DNA of 64,000 nt from Acidobacteriota bacterium (GTDB taxonomy: Bacteria > Acidobacteriota > CAIWXX01), in assembly GCA_016191015.1 (NCBI GenBank), contig JACPPM010000200.1:21954-85953 (forward strand), given 5' to 3'. Shown here piece by piece: positions 38,020 to 48,468 of this stretch (the stretch's first letter is position 1; every line of letters starts with the position of its first letter). The translations under genes and the position numbers were made by a program. Under the pieces are notes generated by a model. The model saw only the letters and a list, made by a program, of their open reading frames with translations. It was not told the origin of the DNA and did not search any database.

Positions 38020-40646
38020 CTACGCGCGGAAGGATGGCGAGTAGGAAGGGATTACCCTGGAGGGTACTCATGGGATGCGTATTGGTGTTGTTGGCGCTAT
38101 TGGGTGCTAGTTGCGTCGAGGGTGTGGGGGCTGAACTCTTCCCCTCGAGTGCGGCGTCCGTGATTGGCGAGCCGCTTCGGGTATCCCGCGTGGAGGTCGT
38201 CACCGTCAATCCCGATGTACTGACGGAACAAGGGCCGACGCGCATCGGCCTGCGGATTTTCGGCGTGGAGCGCGTCGCCGAGCGCACCAAGATGGAACGG
38301 CGATCACGCACCAATTGGAGTTGGTTCGGGCACCTCGAGGGGGATAGCAGCAGTTCGGTGATCCTGGTCAACTGGGACGGGGATCTGTACGGCACGATCT
38401 CTGGATCGGCCGGCCGCTTCGCGGTCCTGCCGGGGTGGGAGGCCGGAACTTGCCGGTTGCTCGAGCCGGTGGTATCCCCCGGCCCGCAGTGCGCTGCCAT
38501 CGAGTTCGGGGACATCCTCCCCGCGGAATACACGGCGATCGGCCCGGAGCCGATCACGCCGGCCGCTCCGGATGTGGTGACGGTCAACGTCCTAGTGATG
38601 TATACACAAGGCGCCGAAGACCGCGCCACCCAACTCGGTGTCACGATCCCAGCTGTGATTCAGGTGCAGGTCGACTCTACGAACCAGGCTTATGCTCAGA
38701 GCCAGGTTAGCCACCGGATTGCTCACACATTGGCGAAGGTGAGCTACGCCGACAGCGGATCGCTCTACACAGATCTGACGCGCATGGTGGTTTATGGCGA
38801 TGGCTACTTCGACGACCTGCTCGTACAGAAGCAGGCGGTGGCAGCGGACATCCCTGTGTTGGTCGTGGGATTGTCGAGTGACGCCGGCGGCCTCGGCTCG
38901 CTCATGACGGTGGTGAGCGAGGCCTTCGCGCAGGACGCCGCAGCAGTCCTCAACACTGACAACGTGGCATTTGCCTGGGCATTTTCATTCGCGCATGAGA
39001 TCGGCCACGTGATGGGAGTGCGGCACAACTGGGAGGACGATCCACAGACCACCCCATACATCTACGCGCACGGCTACGGCAAACAAGAAGCCGATTTCCG
39101 GGATATCATGAGTTATCCCAACGCATGTCCATCGGGATGCGTTGCGAGGAACTACTTCAGTAACCCGAATCTCAATTTCAACGGCTATCCGATGGGGATC
39201 GCGGAGGGAGCGGGCCCTCAGCCAGCGGATGCCGTGCGAGCACTGAACAATACAGCCCCCACGGTCGCAACGTTCCGGAACTATCTTGCCACCTGCACCT
39301 ACGCTCTCAACGCTTACTCGCGCAGCGTGAGCTCTGCGGCGGGCAGCGGGTCATATGGTGTAACGACCACCGATGGGTGCCGGTGGTCAGTCAACACCAG
39401 CGACTCCTGGATCACGATCACATCGGCGCCATCTGCCTATGGCACCAGCGTAGTAACCTATACGTACGGGGAGCACGGCAGCCAGTCGAGCCGCGCCGGC
39501 ACGATTACCGTGACCCCGGTTGATGGTAGCAGCGGCACCATCAGCTATATCCTCACTCAGTCCCCGGCCGGTGCATGCACCGTGTCAACCAATCCGACAG
39601 GCAGCGTGTTCTTCGCGACAGCTGGTGGCATCGGCAGCTTCGCGATCAACGTGAACAGCCAAGGCTGCGCCTGGACCGTAAGCAACGGCCTGCCGTGGGT
39701 CACGATCACGAGCGCCACCAGCGGGACGGGGAACGCCACGGTGACGTACACCGTGGCGCCGAACGCGAACTCAATGCGGAGCGGATACATCCAGGTGAAC
39801 GCCGGCGGCTTTCAGGCGCAGTACGCTGTAGCGCAGCAGGGCAGGAGCTGCCCTGTTGTGCTCACACCGGGATCGGCCAGCTATGCGTCCGGTGGTGGAA
39901 GCGGATCATTCGGCATCACCGAAACGAGCGGGTGTGGCTGGACCGCGACGAGTTACGATTTGTGGCTCACGATCACTGGCGGAGCGTCCGGCACCGTGAG
40001 CTACTCCGTGGCCTCCACGAGCTCCACCACCGGACGCACCGGCTCGATCGTGGTTGATACGGGGGCGGGGAATCAGACTTTCATCGCCATGCAAAATGGG
40101 GTGGGCCAGACATGCGCTTACGCCGTGACTCCGTTCTCAGAGACATGGGATGACGACGGGGGATCGACATCGGTGTCGATCACCACAACCACCGGCTGCG
40201 CATGGAACTCCGTGAGTAACGATGCCTGGATCTCGTTCTCGGCTGGCTCCGGGAGCGGCAGCGGCTCGGTCACGATGAGCGTGGATGCCAACCTGGCGCC
40301 GGCTGCGCGCACGGGGTCGGTGGCGATCGCGGGCACCACGTATGCGATCGCGCAGGAAGCCTACGACAGCGGCGGGGGCGGCGGTGGCACGACCCCTGTG
40401 ATCAACACGATCAGCAGCAAGAAGGCGAAGCCGAAGACGAGCGCAAAGCTCGTCGGCACGAACTTCTCTGCAACCAAGACGCAGAACACGGTTTACTTCG
40501 GCAAATACACAGCCACCATCAAGAGCGCCGGCACGAGCCAGCTCAAGGTCACGATCCCATCGCAGTGCAAGTCCGGGAAGACGTATCAGGTCTCCGTCAA
40601 TACCAATGACGTCCGCAGCAACACGATCCCCTTTCAGGTCAAGTAG
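38016..40646 (+). CDS. Secreted metzincin zinc protease with four BACON-like repeats and a C-terminal IPT/TIG domain
   Basis: Signal peptide. Metzincin motif HEIGHVMGVRH (HExxHxxGxxH). Repeated GC[AGR]W..W[IL]T[IF] modules. C-terminal TIG-like beta domain. Confidence 0.75.
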   Translation: MTTRGRMASRKGLPWRVLMGCVLVLLALLGASCVEGVGAELFPSSAASVIGEPLRVSRVEVVTVNPDVLTEQGPTRIGLRIFGVERVAERTKMERRSRTNWSWFGHLEGDSSSSVILVNWDGDLYGTISGSAGRFAVLPGWEAGTCRLLEPVVSPGPQCAAIEFGDILPAEYTAIGPEPITPAAPDVVTVNVLVMYTQGAEDRATQLGVTIPAVIQVQVDSTNQAYAQSQVSHRIAHTLAKVSYADSGSLYTDLTRMVVYGDGYFDDLLVQKQAVAADIPVLVVGLSSDAGGLGSLMTVVSEAFAQDAAAVLNTDNVAFAWAFSFAHEIGHVMGVRHNWEDDPQTTPYIYAHGYGKQEADFRDIMSYPNACPSGCVARNYFSNPNLNFNGYPMGIAEGAGPQPADAVRALNNTAPTVATFRNYLATCTYALNAYSRSVSSAAGSGSYGVTTTDGCRWSVNTSDSWITITSAPSAYGTSVVTYTYGEHGSQSSRAGTITVTPVDGSSGTISYILTQSPAGACTVSTNPTGSVFFATAGGIGSFAINVNSQGCAWTVSNGLPWVTITSATSGTGNATVTYTVAPNANSMRSGYIQVNAGGFQAQYAVAQQGRSCPVVLTPGSASYASGGGSGSFGITETSGCGWTATSYDLWLTITGGASGTVSYSVASTSSTTGRTGSIVVDTGAGNQTFIAMQNGVGQTCAYAVTPFSETWDDDGGSTSVSITTTTGCAWNSVSNDAWISFSAGSGSGSGSVTMSVDANLAPAARTGSVAIAGTTYAIAQEAYDSGGGGGGTTPVINTISSKKAKPKTSAKLVGTNFSATKTQNTVYFGKYTATIKSAGTSQLKVTIPSQCKSGKTYQVSVNTNDVRSNTIPFQVK

Positions 40647-40655
40647 GAGCAAGTG

Positions 40656-43508
40656 ATGAAACGATTGGTTTTCGCATTCTGTGTTTTCGGGCTAGGGATT
40701 TCGGCGCACAGGGCAGGCGCGCAAAGCGGTACGATCGCGATCACGGGTGTGGTGCCGGATGCGAATGGCCATACCGCGACCGTGAACTACAGTTGGAGCC
40801 AGACCGGGCCGGGGTCCAACAAACTCATGACGGGCGACCTCTACGTGCGCATCCTACAGGGTGTGTCACTAGCGCCTGACATCTACAATGATGGGTTCGG
40901 CACCATGTGTACCCAAGCCGCGTCCATGACGTGCGCTGGCACAACCGCGTACTTGGTGGGCTACGGCCGCTTCGGGGTGTGTGTGAACAGCGCCAGCAGC
41001 ACAGGTTCCTTCACCATGGACGGCCTCCTCCCGGGCGTTGGCTACACAGTACAGTTGATCGGGTACCTCGAATGGACAGCAGATTGTGCGAGCCCTGTGC
41101 CCGTGGCTACGCTCTGCATCACGAGTGGTGTCAGCGCCTTGACGATGGGCGCTGGTCAGCCTCCTGTCGTCACAACGCTCGCTGCTTCCAGCGTCACTGG
41201 AACCACCGCAACGCTGAACGGAACGGTCAACCCGAACAACCTCAGCACAAGCCACTACTTCGAATGGGGCACAACTGTTGCGTATGGTAATACCACGTCT
41301 GTCGGACTCCTGTCCCCAGGCCCTCTCAACGGGGCCTGTACCACTCTAGCCACCGCCGGAGGATGGATAGCGAACGCGGTATCAGCGGGGCTGACCGGCT
41401 TGACGGGCGGGCAGACGTACCATTTCCGGGTCGTGGCCACCAACGCACAGGGCACGACCTACGGCGGCGACCAGCAGTTTGCGGCCGCCCAAGTTCCTTC
41501 TCTCACAACCAACCCTGCAACGGGCGTTGGCAGCACCACAGCCACCCTTAACGGTGTCGTCACGACCAACGGCTTAACCGCGAGCTGGTGGTACGAGTAC
41601 GGCACCGGCAGCGGTGTCTATCCCAACAGCACACCAGGCGGGACCGTGCCGGGCGGCACGCCCAGCGCGGCAGTCAGCGTGACTCTCAGTGGGCTACTGC
41701 CCAACAGCACATACTATTTCCGTCTCGCTGGTGCGAATGCGAACGGGACGGGATACGGGATCGAGCGCAGCTACACGACTGGCAGCGCCGCTCCTCCTAC
41801 GGCTATCACGGGTGCAGCATCGGGGGTGAGTACCGTGTCGGCGATACTGACAGGGACCGTCAATCCCGCAGGATCCGCAACCATGTATTGGTTCGAGTGG
41901 GGGACATCGGTCGGCTACGGCAACACGACCCCATCGCAATCCGCTGGCAATGGCACGAGCAACGCGTACGGCAGCTATCCGCTGAGCGGACTCACGAGCG
42001 GCCAAACCTATCACTATCGGGTCGTCGCGCAGAACGCATCAGGTACCGGGTACGGCTCGGATGTCGCCTTCACGACAGGCGCGACTAATCCCCCGGCCGT
42101 GACGACCGGCTCCGCATCGAGTGTGGGCACGACGTCCGCAACCCTTGGAGCCACCATCAATCCGAATAGCTCCGCCACGAGCTGGTACGTCGAGTATGGT
42201 CCGACCACCAGCTACGGGCAGACCGCCTACGGCGGCACAGTCCCGCCAGGCTCCTCGAACGTCTCAGTCAACGTTACCATAACAGGACTGACCCCAGGCA
42301 CTCTCTACCACTGGAGGCCCGTCGGCACGAACGGCATTGGCGGACGCAGCTTCGCGCCGATGGCGTATGGCACGACGTACGGCGCCGACTCGACGTTCAG
42401 CACGACGAGCGTGAGCTATCCCGGGCCTACGGTGACGACGGAAGCAGCGTCGAACGTGGGTTACACAGGCGTGGTTTGCAACGCGACCGTGAATTTCCAA
42501 GGCGACAGTGGCACCTACTGGTTCGAGCTGAGCACATCACCGGGCGGTCCATACACGATCACCTCATCCACCGGCTCCGGTGCGGGAGCGACGGACGTGT
42601 ACGTAAGCCGCGCTGTCTCCACGCTCTCCCAGGGGACGACTTACTACGCTCGCGCCGGTGCACAGAATTCGGGAGGAACTACGTACGGTGCGGATGTCTC
42701 CTTCGTCACAGACACTGCCGGCGTGGGCGTACCCATTGCGAACACGCTCGACGCCAGCAACATCACGACTACGGGTGCTGTGCTCAACGGCACGTACCAG
42801 CCGAACGGGGCGTCGTCGAGCCAGGTGTGGTTCGAATGGGGCACCAGCGCATCGAGTCTCTCAAACGCCACGAGCATCCAAAACGGAGTTGGTGGATCCA
42901 CCGAAACCAGCTACAGCCGGAGCCTCACCACTCTCACCGCGGGAGGCACCTACTACTTCAGGCTGGCGTGCAGCACGCCTACGGGAGGCACTGCCTACGG
43001 CGCCACGCTCACTTTCACCACCAGTACCACGCCGGTCACGTATCTCGAATTCAGCAACTTCAAGTGCAAGTGGAAGGATGTAGCCAACTCCAATCTGCTT
43101 GGTGGTAGCGGAAAGCGTGGTCTCGCTCGCAAGAGCCGGGCCTCGCTCACGTTCACCGGCACCGGCATCGATCTCTACTCGATGCTCGACAAGACACTCG
43201 GCAAGATGAAAATCACGATCGACGGTGCCGCGCTTCGGCATCCCGTCACAATTAGACGGCTCACCGCCGACCGTGGGCTCGTCACGGACATCATCAATCC
43301 CACGAAGCTCGGTCGGAAATCCGGGAAGGGATCTCCGCTCTCCACCACGGTGGATCTTTACACACCGGGAGCGACACAGTTCCAAGAGATTCTCTACTCG
43401 ATCTCCGGGCTATCCAGCGGACAGCACACACTGCGAGTCGACGCGGTCGCGCCCAAGGGGACGAAGCGCTACCACATTTTCGTGGACGCGGTGCGAGTGC
43501 GTGAGTGA
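40656..43508 (+). CDS. Secreted protein with about nine FN3-like repeats and a C-terminal beta-sandwich domain
   Basis: Signal peptide (MKRLVFAFCVFGLGISAHRAGAQ). Repeated ~90-aa modules (T.TL.GTVNPN...YWFEWGT...YG.TT...GQTYH[FY]RVVA.N..G). AGGAGC ribosome-binding site. Confidence 0.75.
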   Translation: MKRLVFAFCVFGLGISAHRAGAQSGTIAITGVVPDANGHTATVNYSWSQTGPGSNKLMTGDLYVRILQGVSLAPDIYNDGFGTMCTQAASMTCAGTTAYLVGYGRFGVCVNSASSTGSFTMDGLLPGVGYTVQLIGYLEWTADCASPVPVATLCITSGVSALTMGAGQPPVVTTLAASSVTGTTATLNGTVNPNNLSTSHYFEWGTTVAYGNTTSVGLLSPGPLNGACTTLATAGGWIANAVSAGLTGLTGGQTYHFRVVATNAQGTTYGGDQQFAAAQVPSLTTNPATGVGSTTATLNGVVTTNGLTASWWYEYGTGSGVYPNSTPGGTVPGGTPSAAVSVTLSGLLPNSTYYFRLAGANANGTGYGIERSYTTGSAAPPTAITGAASGVSTVSAILTGTVNPAGSATMYWFEWGTSVGYGNTTPSQSAGNGTSNAYGSYPLSGLTSGQTYHYRVVAQNASGTGYGSDVAFTTGATNPPAVTTGSASSVGTTSATLGATINPNSSATSWYVEYGPTTSYGQTAYGGTVPPGSSNVSVNVTITGLTPGTLYHWRPVGTNGIGGRSFAPMAYGTTYGADSTFSTTSVSYPGPTVTTEAASNVGYTGVVCNATVNFQGDSGTYWFELSTSPGGPYTITSSTGSGAGATDVYVSRAVSTLSQGTTYYARAGAQNSGGTTYGADVSFVTDTAGVGVPIANTLDASNITTTGAVLNGTYQPNGASSSQVWFEWGTSASSLSNATSIQNGVGGSTETSYSRSLTTLTAGGTYYFRLACSTPTGGTAYGATLTFTTSTTPVTYLEFSNFKCKWKDVANSNLLGGSGKRGLARKSRASLTFTGTGIDLYSMLDKTLGKMKITIDGAALRHPVTIRRLTADRGLVTDIINPTKLGRKSGKGSPLSTTVDLYTPGATQFQEILYSISGLSSGQHTLRVDAVAPKGTKRYHIFVDAVRVRE

Positions 43509-43598
43509 GTCAAACGACGCGCCAGGATGGCCCAGGACGCGTCCGGAGAGGCGAGGTAGGGGTCTAGGCATCCCCCCGAACAACGAAGGAGGACGGGC

Positions 43599-44060
43599 AT
43601 GAAGAATGAGTTGGACGACCAGATTGCGCGGACCGCGGAGCGGCTGTCGCGGCGTGGGGCCTGCCGCCGGCGACGCATGCGGCACCAGAAGAAGTCCATG
43701 CGCGCTGACCGCTGGGCGATTCGAGCTCGCGAAATTGTCCCGCCAGAGCATGGGCGCATGGCGTGGGCATCCGATGCGGCGCGTGAGATCCTGCAGGACC
43801 TCTTGCGTGTGGGTAAGGTGCCAACGCAGATCTTCGGCGTCTTGGAGCGTGAGTTGGGTGTGTGCAAGAGGCGCGGAGCAAATTCGGCATTATTGCTGAA
43901 TGAGCCGCTCGCGGTAACGATCCTCGAGGCGGCTGCGCAGCGCGTAAATGGACGGGATCGCCTCGCGCGTGTCGTTGCCGTCCTGTTCCTCTCACTCGAG
44001 GAGTGCCTGCTGGCGACGGGGACGCGGAAGGTAGTCTCTGGCGCAGCGGTGGAGCGCTAG
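43599..44060 (+). CDS. Hypothetical protein
   Basis: 153 aa, basic N-terminus, no recognizable motif. Confidence 0.35.
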   Translation: MKNELDDQIARTAERLSRRGACRRRRMRHQKKSMRADRWAIRAREIVPPEHGRMAWASDAAREILQDLLRVGKVPTQIFGVLERELGVCKRRGANSALLLNEPLAVTILEAAAQRVNGRDRLARVVAVLFLSLEECLLATGTRKVVSGAAVER

Positions 44061-44061
44061 G

Positions 44062-45876
44062 ATGAGTGCTGGCGTTATGCTGGAGCAGGTGTGGCCATGG
44101 ATCGCGGCGTGGCCCTTCCGCCTCGTGGCTGCCGTCGTCGCGCGCAAGCCCGAGGTCCTCGCAGTGGTGCCGCACCTGCCAGCCGTTGCGCTGGCGTGCT
44201 GGGGACTCTGGTTGTGGGCTCGTCTCACGCGCAGGCAGCTACTCCATACGTGGCCGCGCCTCTCGAATTTCCTGGGCTCGGGATGGCTCGCGCCTATCGC
44301 GACATGGTTCACTGCGCTCACTCTGATGCTCATTCGCGGCACCTGGCTCGTGCGAGTCCTGCCAGGCCACGAGGTCGGTGCAGTATCGCACGCCGGCGCC
44401 CTCATGCTCTATCCGGCCGCGGCGTTCTGCGCATGGCGGATTCTGCCGCCGCTGGCGCGCAAGGGCAACCTCGGATCGGCCGTGTGGGCCGCGGTGAGGA
44501 ATGTTCGGGTGCGGTCCGGCGCTCCCTTCCTTCTGCCGGTGCGCATACCTCTTCGGCCGTGCAGAAGGCCCCGAGCGTGGGACATGGGACCCGCTGTGCT
44601 GGCACCTGACCGCGGCACCGTCTGCCGGCACACGCTGGTCCTTGGAGGGTCCGGAGCCGGAAAGGGTGCGTCGGTGCTCGGTCACATCATACAGAGCACG
44701 CACCTGCCGCTCATCTATCAGGACGTCAAGGCGGAGTGCCCGCTCCTTGTTGACCGGTGGCAGCGCCGCGGCAAGCCGCCGATTGTGTGGGGCGCGTCGC
44801 GTCCGGGCGGCTGGCCGTCGCTCAGCTGGAATCCTCTCCAGGAGGCATACGACGACCCAGATTTCGAGGATGCGTGCGGCGGGCTGGCAGGTGCGCTGCT
44901 ACCAGTGGTCAAGGGCGAGAACGCATGGGTCACCGACACGGCCCGTCTGCTCCTCACGCACATTTTTTCGCAACGCGTGTACAGAGCCCTCAGCGAGATT
45001 CGCGACGAGCTGAAGGGGCACGGAATCGCGGCGGTTCTCACGAGAGTCGGTTCGGCGGCTGGGCTCGACGAGCAGCTCGCCGGAAAGAACGCGAAAGAGT
45101 ACGCGTCGAACGCCCTCCAGACGACCCTTGATCACTTTGGGGTCGGGTGGGCGCGCGCCGCCACGACTCTGCACAACTTCAGTCTGTCAGATGTCCTGAC
45201 CACCGACTGCTACGTGCTATCGAATGAGTCCGATGAGAAGCGGCGTCTTCCCCTGCAGGTCTTCTGGCGGATGTTGTTCCGCAGAATGCTCAAGGCGTCC
45301 GAGCTGGGAAATATGCTATTGCTGGATGAGGGGCTCGCCGCAGGCTACATCCCGGGCTTGGCAGATGCGCTGAATACGATCCGCAGCAAGGGTGGTGCGA
45401 TCGTCTTCGCGATTCAGAATAGCGGGGGACTCAAGGCCGTCTACCGGGACGAGGCGGAGGCCGTGTCGGAGGCTTTCGCCTCAAAGATTGTCCTGCTCAG
45501 CGGGCTTAATCCGGAGGACCTCCAAGCACTCACGAAGCAGATGGGCGAGTTCACAGTGGTCCGCGGACGGCCGCTGCTCCCAGTCAAAGGTGAGCAGATT
45601 GCATCCTTGCTGCCGATCGAGTACGCGAGCAAGCTCGCGCTCCTCCCGAAGCAGTGGTGGGGCGTCATTCGAATCCCGGGTGTGGTGCGGACGGGCCGGC
45701 CCATCCTGGCGCGGATGATGGCGAGTAGTTTCGCCGTCCAGGAGCCGCACCCACACCTGGCGGAGGCGATGCAGCGGGCCTATCCCGCCCGACCATTCGC
45801 AGGCACAGCTGTGAATATCGTCCCGGAGGCTACTCCGGCCGAGCCAGACTCCACACCGCAGGCATTCGGACTATAG
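44062..45876 (+). CDS. Type IV secretion coupling protein (VirD4/TraG/TrwB-like)
   Basis: N-terminal TM helices. Walker A LVLGGSGAGKGASVL and Walker B MLLLDEG. Confidence 0.7.
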   Translation: MSAGVMLEQVWPWIAAWPFRLVAAVVARKPEVLAVVPHLPAVALACWGLWLWARLTRRQLLHTWPRLSNFLGSGWLAPIATWFTALTLMLIRGTWLVRVLPGHEVGAVSHAGALMLYPAAAFCAWRILPPLARKGNLGSAVWAAVRNVRVRSGAPFLLPVRIPLRPCRRPRAWDMGPAVLAPDRGTVCRHTLVLGGSGAGKGASVLGHIIQSTHLPLIYQDVKAECPLLVDRWQRRGKPPIVWGASRPGGWPSLSWNPLQEAYDDPDFEDACGGLAGALLPVVKGENAWVTDTARLLLTHIFSQRVYRALSEIRDELKGHGIAAVLTRVGSAAGLDEQLAGKNAKEYASNALQTTLDHFGVGWARAATTLHNFSLSDVLTTDCYVLSNESDEKRRLPLQVFWRMLFRRMLKASELGNMLLLDEGLAAGYIPGLADALNTIRSKGGAIVFAIQNSGGLKAVYRDEAEAVSEAFASKIVLLSGLNPEDLQALTKQMGEFTVVRGRPLLPVKGEQIASLLPIEYASKLALLPKQWWGVIRIPGVVRTGRPILARMMASSFAVQEPHPHLAEAMQRAYPARPFAGTAVNIVPEATPAEPDSTPQAFGL

Positions 45877-45886
45877 AGGAGGACAG

Positions 45887-46849
45887 ATGAGACAGAGAAT
45901 CGAAACACTGATCGTGCAATTGCGCCTTCGGGCAGGTTGGCGCGCACCGCTCGTTGTCGCTTGCGTATTGGCCGCTTGGATGTTTCTGCTGCCAACCACG
46001 GCTTATGCCCAGGAGACTATTGGCAGCAAGTTTATGGAGGACACGATGCGCAAAGCGCTCGTGCCCGTCGTCATGGCGTTCATGACCAAGGTCAGTAACT
46101 TCGTGACCCCATTGCTGGCGGGGTTGGCTACAATCTTCGTAATCTGGACCGCGATCAAGAACTTCCTCGCAGACAGGCCCTTCCAAGAGACCTTCGCAGA
46201 GATTCTGATGACACTGCTCATCGTCACGGCCCTCACGAACACGGACAACTACAGGTGGCTCTTCTGGGACATGATGTATGGTGGGCTCTACACGGAGCTT
46301 GTTGTCCCTGCCGGCGAAGGGGATACGGGCTTCCCGGCGGCTGTGCAAGAGCTGGCTCACCAGCAAGCGGAACGCTCCGCGAAGTGGAACCTCAGCACCG
46401 GCATGACGATCATCCAGCGCATCGGCGAATCCATCAACACACTCGAGACAGGAGGCGTTGCTTGGCTCATGCAAATCGGCGCACTCTTTGTCGAGCCCCT
46501 CATGACGTCCGCCACCATCTTTGCGATAATGTCGATCGCTTTCTTCGGGGCGATCGGCCAGATATTTCTCTCCATGTGGCTACTCGACTTCACGAAGGAC
46601 TATACGAAGAAGTGGTTCGGCTGCTATATGGGCGCGATATTCTCGTTGGTAGCAATCAGCTTCTTCGCGCCATTTCTGAGCGGGTGGTGGAGTGATGTTG
46701 TGGCCGAAGCGGTACAACTCGAGAACGCGAACAAGGGCATCACGGAAAAAATGCTTACTCCTGGCCTCATGAAGCAGTTCGTGTGGAGTTTCTTCGGCAT
46801 CATGGCAGCCCTCAAGGCGCCCAGTTTGGGGAAGGAGCTGTTCCGGTGA
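45887..46849 (+). CDS. Polytopic membrane protein (VirB6/TrbL-like candidate)
   Basis: GAGGAGG ribosome-binding site. At least five hydrophobic helices. This region is visibly AT-richer than the rest. Confidence 0.45.
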   Translation: MRQRIETLIVQLRLRAGWRAPLVVACVLAAWMFLLPTTAYAQETIGSKFMEDTMRKALVPVVMAFMTKVSNFVTPLLAGLATIFVIWTAIKNFLADRPFQETFAEILMTLLIVTALTNTDNYRWLFWDMMYGGLYTELVVPAGEGDTGFPAAVQELAHQQAERSAKWNLSTGMTIIQRIGESINTLETGGVAWLMQIGALFVEPLMTSATIFAIMSIAFFGAIGQIFLSMWLLDFTKDYTKKWFGCYMGAIFSLVAISFFAPFLSGWWSDVVAEAVQLENANKGITEKMLTPGLMKQFVWSFFGIMAALKAPSLGKELFR

Positions 46850-47796
46850 GTGTGATGATGATGGATGCGACGCGACAGCGGTTGGTAGCAGCGCTCATCG
46901 CTCTCGCAATCATGATGGCAATTGTCGTTCCGTGCGCGAGCGCAATGCCTCCGGTCTTCATGAACGAAGTCATCGACATGGCTCAAGACAACCAGAAGGT
47001 AGCGAGAATTCTGAGCGAGCTCGGGAGCTGGCACGCCACGGTGTCATCCGCTATTCAAACCTACCAGATGATGCGTCGGATGACCGAGACACTCACATCG
47101 GTTGTGGGGTCACTCGACAATCTCAGTCTGCGGGTAGTCCCACGTATCAAGTTGACGAGCCTCCTTGGGCTCGCATTCAACAACACAGAAATGCAGAAGT
47201 TTTTCGAGCTGATGGAAGGTGGGGCTAAGCTCAGCGATCTAGCGGAACTCTCCGGTTTCATGCAGAACCACTTTCTCACGCAGTACGACACTATTTTCCC
47301 TGACAGCTACAATCCGGTCAGCACAGACCCCGAGACCCCTCCCTTGCGTGCGAAGGATTGGGAGTTTGTGTGGGGGTGGGGGACGCTGAACCCGACCGAC
47401 GCGGAGCGCGGCATGCTAACTGCCGCCGAAGGTCGGATGGCTTGGCGCAAGATGCTCGCCGTCCGTAACCAGGCCAACCTCGCATCCATGCGCGGCATGG
47501 CGGAAGACAACACAACCGCGCTCTCTGCCTTGGCGGACAAGGTCAGGGAGGCCGAGAAGAGCGGAAAAGCTTACGACGCGATCATAGCGCAGGTCGGTGC
47601 CATGCTCGGCGACGTGCAATTGCAGACCGAACTCATCACCGGCCAGCTCGAGATGCTGGTCCAGGCAGGGGGCGAGGAAGTTGACCACATCGGCGCGGTT
47701 CGCAACGCCACACCAGAGGCTGTTGAGGCGATTTGCAAAGACGCCGGTGACGGATTGAATGGCTCGGCCTCGCTCTACTTCAGGCTGGGGTGGTGA
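46846..47796 (+). CDS. Hypothetical exported protein (possible VirB5/TrbJ-like)
   Basis: GTG start overlaps the upstream stop, 8 nt after AAGGAG. N-terminal hydrophobic segment, helical/coiled-coil rest. Confidence 0.4.
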   Translation: MSVMMMDATRQRLVAALIALAIMMAIVVPCASAMPPVFMNEVIDMAQDNQKVARILSELGSWHATVSSAIQTYQMMRRMTETLTSVVGSLDNLSLRVVPRIKLTSLLGLAFNNTEMQKFFELMEGGAKLSDLAELSGFMQNHFLTQYDTIFPDSYNPVSTDPETPPLRAKDWEFVWGWGTLNPTDAERGMLTAAEGRMAWRKMLAVRNQANLASMRGMAEDNTTALSALADKVREAEKSGKAYDAIIAQVGAMLGDVQLQTELITGQLEMLVQAGGEEVDHIGAVRNATPEAVEAICKDAGDGLNGSASLYFRLGW

Positions 47797-48093
47797 TCGC
47801 CGCCATGCCCCGGTGCGAAGACGGAGTGCCGGCAGTCACGACGAGTCCTTCGCCGTCGCTCGCCTGGGCCCGCTCTCACGCCCCGCGTCTCGGGCACGCT
47901 TCGCTCTCCGGCTCCGTTGCAGACGGGTCCCCTCCCGCCTTCGGCGGGAACCCTCCCCATCTTCACTCCGCCTCCGGCCTGAGAAGCGGGGACGCGGGCC
48001 TTTAGGGCGAGGCGACGGCGAAGGACTCATCGTGAGACAGGCGGCGGCAGACAATACACAGTAATGCGTGTATTGCCGCCAAAGCCGCACGAG

Positions 48094-48120
48094 GCGCCGG
48101 CTCAGGATCTATCGTGAGAC
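48094..48120 (+). repeat. Element-internal repeat family B, partial copy (…caggatctatcgtgagac)
   Basis: Matches the 3' part of the copies at 48967-49034 and 50277-50335. Confidence 0.55.
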
Positions 48121-48135
48121 AACCGTAAGAACTCC

Positions 48136-48330
48136 ATGAAGACGATTATCTGTCCGAATCCGAACTGCGGATACCGAGGTACGCCACGAAGAGAAGCGCG
48201 GGGGAGCGCCTTACTGGGGTGCTTTCTGATGTTCCTGTTTCTGCTTCCAGGCATCTTCTATTTCATGCTCAAGAGCGGGTGGCGCTACTACTGCCCGCGA
48301 TGCGGCCTGCAGATGGGCGTGCAGAACTGA
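48136..48330 (+). CDS. Small zinc-ribbon membrane protein
   Basis: CPNPNC...CPRC ribbon flanking a central TM helix (LLGCFLMFLFLLPGIFYFML). Confidence 0.45.
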   Translation: MKTIICPNPNCGYRGTPRREARGSALLGCFLMFLFLLPGIFYFMLKSGWRYYCPRCGLQMGVQN

Positions 48331-48468
48331 GGTGATGCCGCCAAGCCTGGCACCCCGAGTTGGCGAAATGCGTCAGCTGCGTCGGGCGGAGTATAATACA
48401 CATGTGACCGCAGCCCTCGGGAATTGCAAACGATTTGGCATCTTAAACCCCTATCGAGGTTGGCGCAC

